Part shown: positions 10,371-26,010 of the stretch, in pieces
How positions within the stretch are numbered: the first letter of the stretch is position 1
Layout: each line of letters starts with the position of its first letter
NCBI GenBank assembly: GCA_963575745.1
Contig: CAUYUJ010000105.1
Location: 62,001-118,187 of the forward strand
Reading direction: 5' to 3'
Origin: Prorocentrum cordatum
Lineage: Eukaryota
Length of the DNA: 56,187 nucleotides
The notes under the pieces: generated by a model
Database searches by the model: none
What the model was told of the DNA's origin: nothing
Seen by the model: the letters and a program-made list of their open reading frames with translations, nothing else
Made by a program: the position numbers and the translations under genes

Positions 10371-12237
10371 GTGGGGGGGGCAGCTTTGGTCGAGAACGAC
10401 GCGGTTGAACTGCCACCCCTTCACTGTGCTTTCCGAGGTTGCCCCTGGACTGGCGTAGACGAGTCTGAGCTTCTCAGCCATGTCGGCGTTGCACACAGCG
10501 ATGTCGTGCAGCCGATCGCGGACATGTATTCGCCCGCGCGCTCGCTGCACAAGCGAGCACTCACTGCTTACAGTGAAGTCGTCGCGCACGCCGTGCGGCA
10601 AGGAGCTCCAATATCGTCGCATGCGACGCATCGGAGAAGTCTGAAAGCACATGCAGAAACAGTGACACAGGAAAAGGTAGCATCGCCGATCTGTTCCATG
10701 TGCGGCTGTTCGTTTCCGTGGGTGTCGGGACGGAAAAATAATGATGCATCGTGGGGGCGAGTGTTTGAGAGCGACGCGCGGGATGGCAGTGGACTGACGC
10801 ACATGGGAGCAAGGTCTATGTGAGAGGTGCTTCAGGAATTGAGCCTCGCGGCATATGTGAGCCAGTGCAGGTATGAAGACGGGAACGATAAACTCTACCT
10901 CCAGAAGCACATCGACGAGTTCGACGACTGGACGGTGAATGTATGGTGCGCGTCGTCTATTGGAGTGCCTCGGGGCTACCTGGAGTTGGTATGTTGTCCA
11001 GAGGACCAGCGGTGCAGTGCTGCATGTCGGGCAAAGCGAGAAGTCTGTACTCAATGCGAGGTTCTGTTATGTCGGGAGTGCTTTGAAGGTGTATATACTC
11101 CGAAACGGGCGTGGAACGAAACGTCCCACGCGATGGTTCCAGTGATGCCTGCGCGATGCTTGGCGAACGATATGATGTCGTTGTACTGTCCGAAAAGCAT
11201 GTACGACGAGGGGATGGCCGTCATGGAGATGATTTGTTGCAGCCGGCGCATAACTGCCATGATCTGTTTCTCGTTGGAGGTGAAATGCCCGAATGTATTT
11301 GATTCCGTCGCTGGGATGCAGGAGACGCGAGTCGCGGCTCGGGGGAATGCAACCTCGTCCGCCCTCCCATGGCAGGGCATCTTGTCAGAGCTTCGGAGAA
11401 GGGTAGCGTCAGGTGAGCAGACGGGTGGTGCGCCTGTCCCGCGCGTGGGCCACGATCTCTCCCATGTTGTGCACATTTTGTTAAAGGTGAGTGACGCGAC
11501 GTCAAAGGATACCTTGCCGACATTCATTCATCAAGCCACCGCGCGGCGGGACGTGGTGAAGCACCACATCAAGAAGATGATCGCTAACGGGCATAGGGCG
11601 TACATGCACGTGGACGCTGCAGCAGTAGATGCTCGCGCCGAGCAACTTCCAGATAATGGCGTCCCGCCCGAGTTTGTGCGGTTGCTTCCGCGTGACAATC
11701 ATTTGGGTAAGATCATGGTGCAAAAGAAATCGGCGCCATCGGATGCGAAGCAGGCGACGGTGCAAGACGCTTGCGACGACATGGACCGAATAATTCCGAA
11801 CATGGTGGTCATGGAGAGATCATCGTTCAACGAGGTAGATGAAAACGCTATGACGGAAACAGCTTTGCAGCACATGACGCGCGGCGTTCATGAAGAAGGC
11901 ACGGACGGGCATTGTGGCGGTGGCGAAACCCCGCGTGCAGAAGAACGTGCGAGAGTTCTGTTCGCGTACGAAGCATGGCGGGATCATTTTGTCGCGATGG
12001 CTACCAGTCTATTGAACGACCAACACAATGGCCGCGTACGATGCACATGCAAAGGATTGTCGGAAATCGCGAGGCTCGGAGAAGCGTCGCAGCGGCACAA
12101 CCTGGTGCTCATGGACGTGAACGGACGGGGGACGTGGATGGGGAAAAGATGCGGTTGCGTCTCGTGGTGTCTCCAGGCACGGCCATGATGAGGCAGTTCG
12201 TTCCGTGGTTCTTCGGCGTCGCTTTTCCGTTATGTGC
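10371..12237 (+). pseudogene. Helitron pre-Rep region: C2H2/Cys-rich fingers and a DUF6570-like segment, with an in-frame stop and frameshifts
   Basis: HCAFRGCPW..LLSHV...H, ICSMCG, CCPEDQRC, CTQC..LCREC, LANDMM, ARGNAT..LPW and HQA..RRDVV...GH.AY. There is a TGA at 10821, and the frame shifts into MRQFVPWFFGVAFPLC. Confidence 0.65.
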
Positions 12238-12258
12238 TTTTTTCACTTTTTTTTTTTT

Positions 12259-12306
<48 letters not shown>

Positions 12307-12309
12307 CTT

Positions 12310-12362
<53 letters not shown>

Positions 12363-12481
12363 CTTTTTTTTTTTTTTTTGTTTTTCATTTTTTTTTTTTT
12401 TTTTTTTTTCTTTCTTTGTTTTTTTTTATTTTCACCCCCCTATTTTTTTTCTTTTTTTTTTTTTTTTCTTTTTTTTTTAGT

Positions 12482-12522
<41 letters not shown>

Positions 12523-12679
12523 CAAGTTATTTTTTTTTTTTTTTTTTTTGTTTTTTTCTTTTTTTTTTTTTTTTTTTTTTTTTTGTTTTCTCTTTTTTTT
12601 TTCTTTTTTTTTTTTTTTTTTTTTTACTTTTTTTTTTTTTTTTTTTTTTTTCTTGTTTTTTTTCTTTTTTTTTTTTTTT

Positions 12680-12734
<55 letters not shown>

Positions 12735-12747
12735 CTTTTTTTTTTTT
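12238..12747. repeat. About 510-nt noisy poly(T) tract interrupting the Helitron coding region
   Basis: Almost pure T with sporadic other bases. The flanks join into a continuous-looking peptide (GVAFPLC / FKF...GFDLPEW). Confidence 0.95.
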
Positions 12748-15111
12748 CAAGTTTGAGTAGCAGGCTTTGATCTGCCAGAATGGTCCGACGAAGTAGCCGA
12801 CACCGCCGTGTCGGTGAGGCACCCGCGTGGACTTCCGCTGGGACACGAATCATGACACGCCGCGTGGAATCTCAGCTCAGACGTGACTGGCGTTTCGGAT
12901 TCACGATGTCGTCCTTGTTGTACCAAAGCGCCTTAAATACGTCCCGAAGCATGCGACTGTTTGCAGATCATGAGCAGAGGGAGGACGAATCGGGTCGCGA
13001 CTTTACGTGTATGGAGGAGGCTGCCATAAGCATAGTAGCAGCACTGCGAGGCACGTGCCCAGATCCAGGCACTGGACAACGGCGCGCAGTGAATGGGGAC
13101 GTATCGAAGTTGAAATTCGTCACATCACTACCGGAGACCGCGCAGAGAATGGCGCGGCAAGCGCAGGCCATTAATAAGAAGATCGCAGGATCACATGAAG
13201 TACGTACAATTATGCCGTACGATGCCCACGCTGGTCGGGCGGTTCAAGGCGTCCCTGTATTTTCTACGATGTCCCCAGATGAAAGGCACAATCTCGTCAT
13301 GGCACGGCTGAGTAGATCGCGCCACAAGGACCCAGTCAACAGGCATCGGGTGCAGGAACAACAAGGCCCGTCGAATGGCGGATTGTTCGAGCCCGATTTT
13401 TCCAGCGCGTGCGGCGTGCCAATCGAGGGCGGGGCGGTGGAGGGTGACGCTGACGATGTTAACATGGCAATACCCATGGAGGTTGCATGCCAAAACGTAG
13501 CAGAAGCCACGGTGCGATTGGAGTGCTTGGCACGGGGTCCTCTGGCGTGCGTCGACGGCTTTCGCACAGTCGTAGGGCTGGTGCTGGAGCACCTGTTCGG
13601 GATTCGGTGGCGTCCGCGGTGTCCCGATTGTGATTGCGCAGATCTGGCAGGTAGTAACGCGAAACTGGTGGGCGGCTGCGCGGGGCGAGTGGACGGTGTG
13701 TACGGCTCCATAGAAGCTCAGAAATCCGCGGGCGGTTTACACCTGCACGCTCAGTTGTTCGTCCAATGCCTCCATCAGCACACGCCGCTGCACGAGATCA
13801 TTCGCCGTCCCCCTGACGAGCTTCAGCGTTTGACATGCGGCCACGCAGCATTTAAATGGGTGGCGTCGCGACAAGTATACGCAGATGTGGCGGAATGGCA
13901 GAGGCAGAAAGAGCAAGTCGAAAAATACTGGCCTGCGTATAAGGGCACGGAAGACTTCATTCAGGCAGAACCGTATCTGAAGCAGAGCGATGCGCAGGTG
14001 CAGCGAACCCTAGAGGGGACTCAAGAGCTCAGCTCAGAGGAGCGGGAGCGCTTCGAAATGGTGGTTGCGAAAGTAATTGAAATGTGTGCAGAGAGGCCAG
14101 GGATATCGTCAGAACCACGTACACAAGTGGAGCCATCGGCACTTTAAATTTGCGCCCTTGTTACACTGTCAGCGAGATGACGACCCATTGAAGTGCAAGA
14201 GCTTTTTCCCTCGGACGACATGGCTGGTGGAGAAGACCGTGCTTTTGTGTCCAGGCTTTCTGAAAGCCCGCTCCATGCCGCGTGGAGGGCGCAGGGATAT
14301 GACTGGATGCCTACGCGGGCCGCAAAATGAAGATAACCTGAACGGGACATTGCCTGCATTGTTGAGCGGCGGCCTTGGATTGAATTTCAACTCCGATGTC
14401 CAGCTCCCGTGCAGGTTCCCAATTTTGGAGCAGACGCACGACGGGGACGCATGCGCAGAGAGGTGTTGGGACGGCGCGGAGGTAAAATATATCGTGCTCG
14501 CGGCACAGCGCGCGCAGAACGCCCAAGCAGGCTATGCGTGCGACTATGGGGCGAAGCGTCTGGCGTCGTCATTCAACGAGGTGAAAGAGTGTAAGAAAGG
14601 ACACCATGCGTTGGCGGACAAAGTGAATGGGCGTAGCGCCTCCTACGTGGCGCACCGCCACATCACGCGGCTACTCTCGGATATGTACGGGAAAGGGATC
14701 GTGCGGTCCGCGCAAGAGAGTGTGAACCTGCGCGCGTACTCGGATGTGAGAGACGTGACAGCTGCGGAGAGTATTAAGGCGTCGAGGACAGCAATGGTCC
14801 CTCGGTTTGACATGGTGAGGATGGTAGAAAAGGAGTGTGGCGTGGCGCCGGAGCGATCGGACCCCGGCAGAGTTCATGTGCAACGCGATGGTAGGCGCGC
14901 AAAGAGGCCGCGCGCAGTCTCAAAGAATCCAGCATTCCTGTACGGCATGAGACCGTTGGATGCTAAATGGGCCCCAGAACTGCGGTACCTTTCTGTAAAT
15001 GATTTGTTTCCGATATTGGCGTATCGAAATGACAGAGTGGCCCACGAAGATAAAGAAAAGGAAAGAGGTAGCAGAGGAGGTCGAGCAAGACACGGAGGGC
15101 GAGGAGGATGA
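12748..15111 (+). pseudogene. Helitron HUH Rep endonuclease domain, frameshifted
   Basis: Motif 1 PVFSTMSPD, motif 2 YGSIEAQKSAGGLHLHAQLF (HLH at 13740-13748), QNHVH, CKSFFPR, NSDVQ, and motif 3 GYACDYGAKR (Tyr 14533 and 14545, Lys 14554). Confidence 0.85.
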
Positions 15112-16028
15112 ATGTCAGTATCACGCAATACTCACGGCGAGCGGCAAGACGAAGGTCCGGGAGGCACGGCAGAGGGGAGTGGAAGAAGCACCGCTTTTGG
15201 CAGGGATCGATTGTGTCATTCGCGGCGACGGTTGCGACGCGTGGGTAGCGTTCCCTGACGTTGAAGGCATGGAAACGACACGGCACAAGTGGGTGTTAGT
15301 TCGAAACGAGAGTCCGCGGAACCCGAGCTTTCACGGTGCACCACAGCCGAAGCATCGGCAAGGGGATGCAGATAGGAACGCGCTCATCTTGATGGCGTAT
15401 TTTCGATCGTTCACTCTGCAAGACGCAGATTTGGACGGGGTACCGAGGGTGCCAGAGTGGTGCACTGGTGAGAAGACGCTGGCACAAGCCGCACGTGAGT
15501 GGTTGGATGGCGGCCTTCCTTGCGAGGAATCGAAAATGTATGCGCAGAATTGCATGAGAGTCGTCGACGTGCGTCCCGAGGGGGATGACGCTGGGAGGAA
15601 GCACGACGATGACTTGTTCAGCGACGAAGATGTGGGCGCCGACGAGCTCGACGAAGGTGTCCGGCGGCGCGTGCACGTTGGGGGCACGCGCTTAGAGGAC
15701 GATAAAAGGGAAACGACAGGCGTTGTTGCAGAGGCGCGTCGCCTGAGTGCTGAAGCCATGGCGTCATCGACGCGTGTGTGGGGCCAAGAGGCGGGCGGGG
15801 ATGGAAGGAACCACAGAGGAGCGCGGGCGAGAACAGACGGGCGCGTAGAGGTGCCAGAGGCAGAGTTGAAGCGACGGGAAGCGGAAGCTCGGGCCTCTCA
15901 GACAAAGATGAAGGGTGACGGGTTGGAGGTGTGCGAAATTGAGGAAGGCAAAGTGAGACGGGTTCCTGCAGGCGGCGCTGGCGAGTTGCGGCGGGCTGCG
16001 CGGACCTAGCAGCGGACACGTCGTAGAT

Positions 16029-17790
16029 ATGAATGAGAAACATAGAGAAGTCGCAGGGAAAGTCATAGACCGGATGATCGCTGAGTGTCAGGAAGACGAG
16101 CGTACAATCGGCAGTTCGGAGCCGTTGCTGTGGACGCTGCACGGAGGCCCAGGCGCAGGGAAGGGCTTTGTGGTCGAGACCTTACGGGACACGTCTTCGA
16201 AGGAGTCATGGGCTGGGAGCGCGGTCTGGACTTCCAAGTGGCTGCGTTGCAAGCCACGAGCGCGCCCAGTCTGGATGGGCGCACGTTGCACGCCGCGTTT
16301 GGGATGACTCCGCGCAGCGCCAGTACGGAATCTGGTAAGAAGCGCGGAGAGCCAGGTGCAAAGAAAGTAGAAGCAGCGAGGCGAATTCAGCAGTGGCGTT
16401 GGCTCATCATCGACGAAATCAGTATGGTCAGCGCAAATTTTCTGGCAGAGCTGGATGCGCACTTGCGGTCTGTGATGTCGGCAGCGAGGCAAGGGAAGGT
16501 GGGCGCCAATAAGGTGGACCGTCCGTTTGGAGGTGTCAATGTGTATAATCTGCGAGGATTTCTACCAGTTGGAACCTCCTGGCGGAACTCCATTGAATGC
16601 GATTCCGACGTCGTGGGTACGGAAGGCGAGGCAGTATGCGCCAGGCGCCGAAGAAGATCATGGTCAGTACATATTCTGGGGCGAGGGGTCGGGGTCCGTG
16701 GCGGGGATGACGGAACTGGTAGAGTGCAAGCGTTTGGAAGAGAAGGACGAGTGGTTCCTGGCAGTACAAGATGAGTTCCGACGGGGAGCCCTGACCGAAG
16801 GGACGCACCAGTTTCTGCATGGGAAACCTACAGATGTTCCAGGGTCTTGGTTGGATGACCAGCCAATGTGTGGTTCGCTATCCTGCATGCAGAACGTGGC
16901 CTCTATCGCAATTGACAACGGGCTGGAGTGTGAACGGTGTGCAGAGGAAAGAAAGCGTCGATGTCTCGTAGCCACCAGTGCCGCAGACGAAGGGTTCGCA
17001 CTTCCACAATTTGTCGAAGCCACTGCCATTTATCCGAATCAGGATGTGAAATGCAAGGTAGCGCTGCAGCGGGCCGTGGACTGGGCTGCGTTCCGGAAGA
17101 AACAGTTTTCGTGGGCTTATGCGCGGGATAAGGCCACGCACGCTACGTGCCAGGAAAGGCCGTACACCTCAGCAGACAAAGTGCGGTGGCTCGGATACCA
17201 CGACAAGGCCTGTGCAGACATGCCTGGATGGTTACCGCTTGCTGTGGGCACGCCAGTTGTACTGACGGTCCATTTGGACAGATCAGAGAAGCAATTGCTA
17301 TGAGGGTGTCGCGCGACGATACATTCATGGTTGGTAGATGAAGAAGAAGAAGACGTGCAAGACGTGTCGTCGAGAGTCCTGCGTAAGATGCCGAGGCAAA
17401 TCGTGTTGGACTTTCACACAGAAAAAGTTGACGCTGAAAGGGATGCCGGGACCCGGGCTGCATCCCCTAGTCCCTCGTGCTCGGACGTGGCATCTGGACT
17501 CGCATCGAAAGAAGCCCGTGCTAGGAGTGAAACGGAGACAGTTTATGATTTCGCCTGGGCTGGCGTGCACGGTGCACGCAGCGCAAGGGCGAACGCTCGA
17601 CGCGGTAATAGCGGACTTGGAGGAAGGCAGAAACGTGAGTTGGATGTCGAGTTACGTGGCCATCACGCGCGTGAAGACGCGACAGGGTCTGCTCATATAT
17701 CGGCCATTTTCGAGACAGCCGCATACGCAAGGAGAACTGGACGGCACGAGGTTGTTGTTACAGAAGCTGCGGGGCGAAGCGTTACCGTGG
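16029..17790 (+). pseudogene. PIF1-family (SF1B) helicase domain of the Helitron, with several frameshifts
   Basis: Walker A GGPGAGK (16143-16163), TLHAAFG, Walker B IIDEISMVSA (Asp 16412), PFGGVN, DFYQLEP, RRQF...ACTVHAAQGRTLD and YVAITRV. These are spread over ORFs 16029, 16085, 16527 and 17338. Confidence 0.92.
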
Positions 17791-19059
17791 CCCGACATCG
17801 AGGAGAGGTTGATACCGCGAAAAACATGCGGGAAGTGTCGCAAGGTGAAGGAGAAAGCTGACTTCAGCACGACAGAGTTCGGCGCGAAGTCGGGGCCGAG
17901 CTTCTGCTGCGAGTGCACGAAGATGTTGAAGGGAGCAGGGGGGAAGTGGTGCACGACTTGTGACCACTGGGCCGAGATGGTCTCCAGAGTGGCAGAGGCC
18001 GAACCCGAAAGGAGCAGAGTGTCCGTGCGGACCAGCAAATGCGATAGGCGCGCAGGCCCATCATCCAAGAGGAGGTCGCGGAAAGAGTCTCACAAGTGGC
18101 AGGAGAATGTACGAGACCAATTCAAGATCCGTTGCGCTGATTGCTGTGAAATCCTCAAGACAGAGGCAGAAATTTCGGCGAACCAGTACGCGACGAAGGG
18201 CGCAGGGGAGAAGCTCTGCAAGAAGTGCGCAGGGAGAAGGAAAATCGGATGGAACAAGTGGAGTCAATCCCAGAAGGAAAAAGAGTGGACGAATGAAACG
18301 AACACTGCTCGACGAAATGCACGCCAGCAACAGCCGCTGAGGTGTTCGGCGTGCCCGAAAGACGCCGACGGAAGAGGGTGGGAATTCGAGAACACGACGC
18401 ATCTGACAAAATTGCAAGTTCAGAAATATTATTGCATGGGCGCGGACCATAGGCCAGTGAAATGCCGCGACTGCGACACGGATCACAAGCGATCCCGGTT
18501 GTTCAGGCGTTCCGCGTGCCCGACAGAAGCAGATGGGAGAGGCCGAGAGTTCACGGACAGGACGCATCTGACGGATAAGCAAGTGAAGAACTTCTTCGAG
18601 AAGGGCGCGGGCCATCGCCCAGTCATGTGCCGCACGTGCCAGGAAGAACGCAATCAGCCGCGAGCGCTCACGTGCTCGGCGTGCCCGAAAGAAGCATATG
18701 GGAAAGAGCAAGAATTCATGGACAGGACGCATCTGACATATTGGCAAGTGAAGCACTTCTTCCAGAAGGGTTCCGGCCATCGCTCGGTGTTGTGCCGAGC
18801 GTGCCACGAGCAAAGACAGGTAGCAAAGAAGTTGGAATGCTCCGCATGCCCCCGGAAAACGGACGGATCCAAACCTACGTTCACGGACGCCAGTCATCTC
18901 TCGAAAGACCAGAAGAATTATTATTTCCTCCGAGGCACTCCTGCGGTGTGCGCCACATGCCATAAGGCGGAACGGGCCCCTCCGAGAGAACCGCCGAAAC
19001 GCCCGGCGGAGGCGATCGACGAGCACGGCGGGAAACAACGCAAGTTGCAGGGAATCTGA
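17791..19059 (+). CDS. C-terminal Cys-rich Zn-binding array of the Helitron protein, including four 55-aa repeats
   Basis: Multiple CxxC pairs. CSACP-type repeats start at 18343, 18508, 18673 and 18838, an exact 165-nt period. Stop TGA at 19059. Confidence 0.8.
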   Translation, partial: PDIEERLIPRKTCGKCRKVKEKADFSTTEFGAKSGPSFCCECTKMLKGAGGKWCTTCDHWAEMVSRVAEAEPERSRVSVRTSKCDRRAGPSSKRRSRKESHKWQENVRDQFKIRCADCCEILKTEAEISANQYATKGAGEKLCKKCAGRRKIGWNKWSQSQKEKEWTNETNTARRNARQQQPLRCSACPKDADGRGWEFENTTHLTKLQVQKYYCMGADHRPVKCRDCDTDHKRSRLFRRSACPTEADGRGREFTDRTHLTDKQVKNFFEKGAGHRPVMCRTCQEERNQPRALTCSACPKEAYGKEQEFMDRTHLTYWQVKHFFQKGSGHRSVLCRACHEQRQVAKKLECSACPRKTDGSKPTFTDASHLSKDQKNYYFLRGTPAVCATCHKAERAPPREPPKRPAEAIDEHGGKQRKLQGI

Positions 19060-19079
19060 CCGCGAGTCGCGCGCGCGCC

Positions 19080-21007
19080 GTCTTCGGGGATCTCTGGTGC
19101 CGTCGTCAGCCCCTCGTGTCCCGTCTGACGCCCTCTTGGGCTGTTGAGAACGCACTCGTGGAGGATTCTTGGACGTCTTGGAGCGTTCTGTGGGGGCTCG
19201 GAACCTTCGACGAACGCATCTCGGAGACCCTCGGGGGGGCTCGTGGGGACTTCTTTTGCCGTCGAAGACGCCTCCGAGCGTGTTTTCGGGCCACCTGGAG
19301 CCCATGTGGAGCTTGGAGGCCTCTCGGAGCGCTCCAGGGGCGCCTCTGAACCCGTCTGGGGGCCCTCCAGGGATATGTGGGGCACCCTGTGAGGCGATTA
19401 TGGGACCGCTTGGGACTGGGTTGGGGGGCCTCGTGGGCCGTCGGATGCGTCGGAAAGCCCCGAAGCTGAATTTACGAAAAATGCGCGTTTCACTAAGAGA
19501 ATGGGCTAATTTCTGTCTCGGAACCTTCTGGCAACGCATCTCGGAGGCCCTGGGGGGGGGGGGGGGCTCGTGGGGGCGTCTTCTGCCATCCAGGACGCCT
19601 CGTGGCCCGTCTTTGGGCCAACTTGGGCGTCTTGGAGCGCTCGTTGGGCGCCCCAAACCCTTTGCGAGGCCTCCAGACGAGTCCCTACACGATTTTCCAA
19701 GGTTGCGCAAGATTTGTCAAATGTTTTGTGCAATTTTCGGGGTCTCCTGGTGCGCTCTTGGAACCGTTTTCGGAGCCCTCGGAGGCCGTCGTGGACGCCT
19801 CGGAGCCCGTCTTGGGGCCTTCCAGGGATATGTGGGAGACCCTCTGGGAAGCTTCTGGGACCGTCTGAGACTGGGTGTCGGGGGGCCTCGTGGGCCGCCG
19901 GGTGCATCGGAAAGGCCCGACGCTGAATTTATGAGAAAGTGCGTCTCACGAAGGGGATGGGCCAATTGTTCCGTCTCGGAGCCCTCTGGACACGCATCTC
20001 GGAGGCCCTGGGGGAGGGGGGGGGAGCTCCTAGGGGCGTCTTCTGCCATCCAGGACGCTTCGTGGCCCGTCGGTGGGCCAACTTGGGCGTCTTGGAGCGC
20101 TCGTTGGGCGTCCCAAGCCCATTGCGAGGCCTCCAGACGAGTCCCTACACGATTTCCAAGGTTTTGCACGACTTGTCAGAAGTTTTGCGCGATTTTCGGG
20201 GTCTCCTGGGGCGCTCTTGGAATCGTTTTCGGAGCCCTCTGATGCCGTCGTGGACGCCTCGGAGCCCGTCTGGGGGCCCTCCAGGGATATGTGGGACACC
20301 CTGTGAGGCGCTTATGTGACCGCTTGGGACTGGGTTGGGTGCCCTCGTGCGCCGTCGGATGCGTCGGAAAGCCCCGAAGCTGAATGTATGAAAAATGTGC
20401 GCTTCACGAGAGGAATGGGCAAACTTTTCCGTCTCGGAGCCTTCTGGAAACGCATCTCGGAGGCCCTGGGGGGGGGGGGCTCGTGGGGGCGTCTTCTGCC
20501 AGCCAGAGCGCCTCGTGGCCCGTCTTTGGGCCAACTTGGGCGTCTTGGAGCGCTCGTTGGGCGCCCCAAACCCATTGCGAGGCCTCCAGACGAGTGAGTC
20601 CCTGCACGATTTTCCAAGGTTGTGCACGACGTGTCAGAGGTTTTACAAGATTTTCGGAGCACTCCGGGAGCGCTCTCGGAACCGTTTTCGGAGCCCTCTG
20701 AGGCCGTCGTGGACGCCTCTGAACCCGTCTGGGGGCCCTCCAGGGATATGTGGGGCACCCTGTGGGGCGCTTCTGGGACCGCTTGGGGCTGGGTTGGGGG
20801 CCCTCGTGGGCCGTCGGATGCCTCGGGAAGCCCCAAAGCTAAATGTATGAAAAATGTGCGTTTCACCAAAGGGAATGGGCCAATTTTTCCGTCTCGGAAC
20901 CTTCTGGAAACGCATCTCGGAGGCCCTGGGGGGGGGGGCGCGTGGGGGCGTCTTCTGCCATCCAGGACGCCTCGTGGCCCGTCTTTGGGCCAACGTGGGC
21001 GTCTTGG
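19080..21007. repeat. Tandem array with a unit of about 458 bp (about 4 copies)
   Basis: The anchor CGCATCTCGGAG recurs at 19215 (partial unit), 19535, 19993, 20451 and 20911, giving periods of 458, 458 and 460. Confidence 0.92.
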
Positions 21008-21036
21008 GCCGATGAACCCCAAGGGGTCGGCGGATT

Positions 21037-25792
<4,756 letters not shown>

Positions 25793-26010
25793 GGGGGGAG
25801 CGGCGACTGCGACGATGACGACTCAATCGGACAAACGTTTCACACACGCTTACAGGGCCGACAGACTCTCGTTGACCCCACCTCCTGGTACCCATCTGTG
25901 TTTTTCCCATCCATCCTGTGGTGTTGGGTCATCGTTTTGAAGAGACGGTCCCCGCGTTTCTCCTTCATCCTCCCTCCTCCTCCTCCCCCTCCTCCATCCT
26001 CCTTGCGTTT

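Larger units (their letters stand above)
7842..21036 (+). mobile_element. Helitron-type rolling-circle transposon, autonomous-type but decayed; 5' end uncertain (could start near 7350)
   Basis: HUH Rep and PIF1 helicase motifs lie colinear on one strand. They are followed by a tandem array and a terminal hairpin (21008-21031) next to a (TAG)n tract. Confidence 0.8.

Noticed and set aside
11912..12853. Poly-Phe and poly-Lys ORFs
   Set aside because: Translations of the poly(T) tract.
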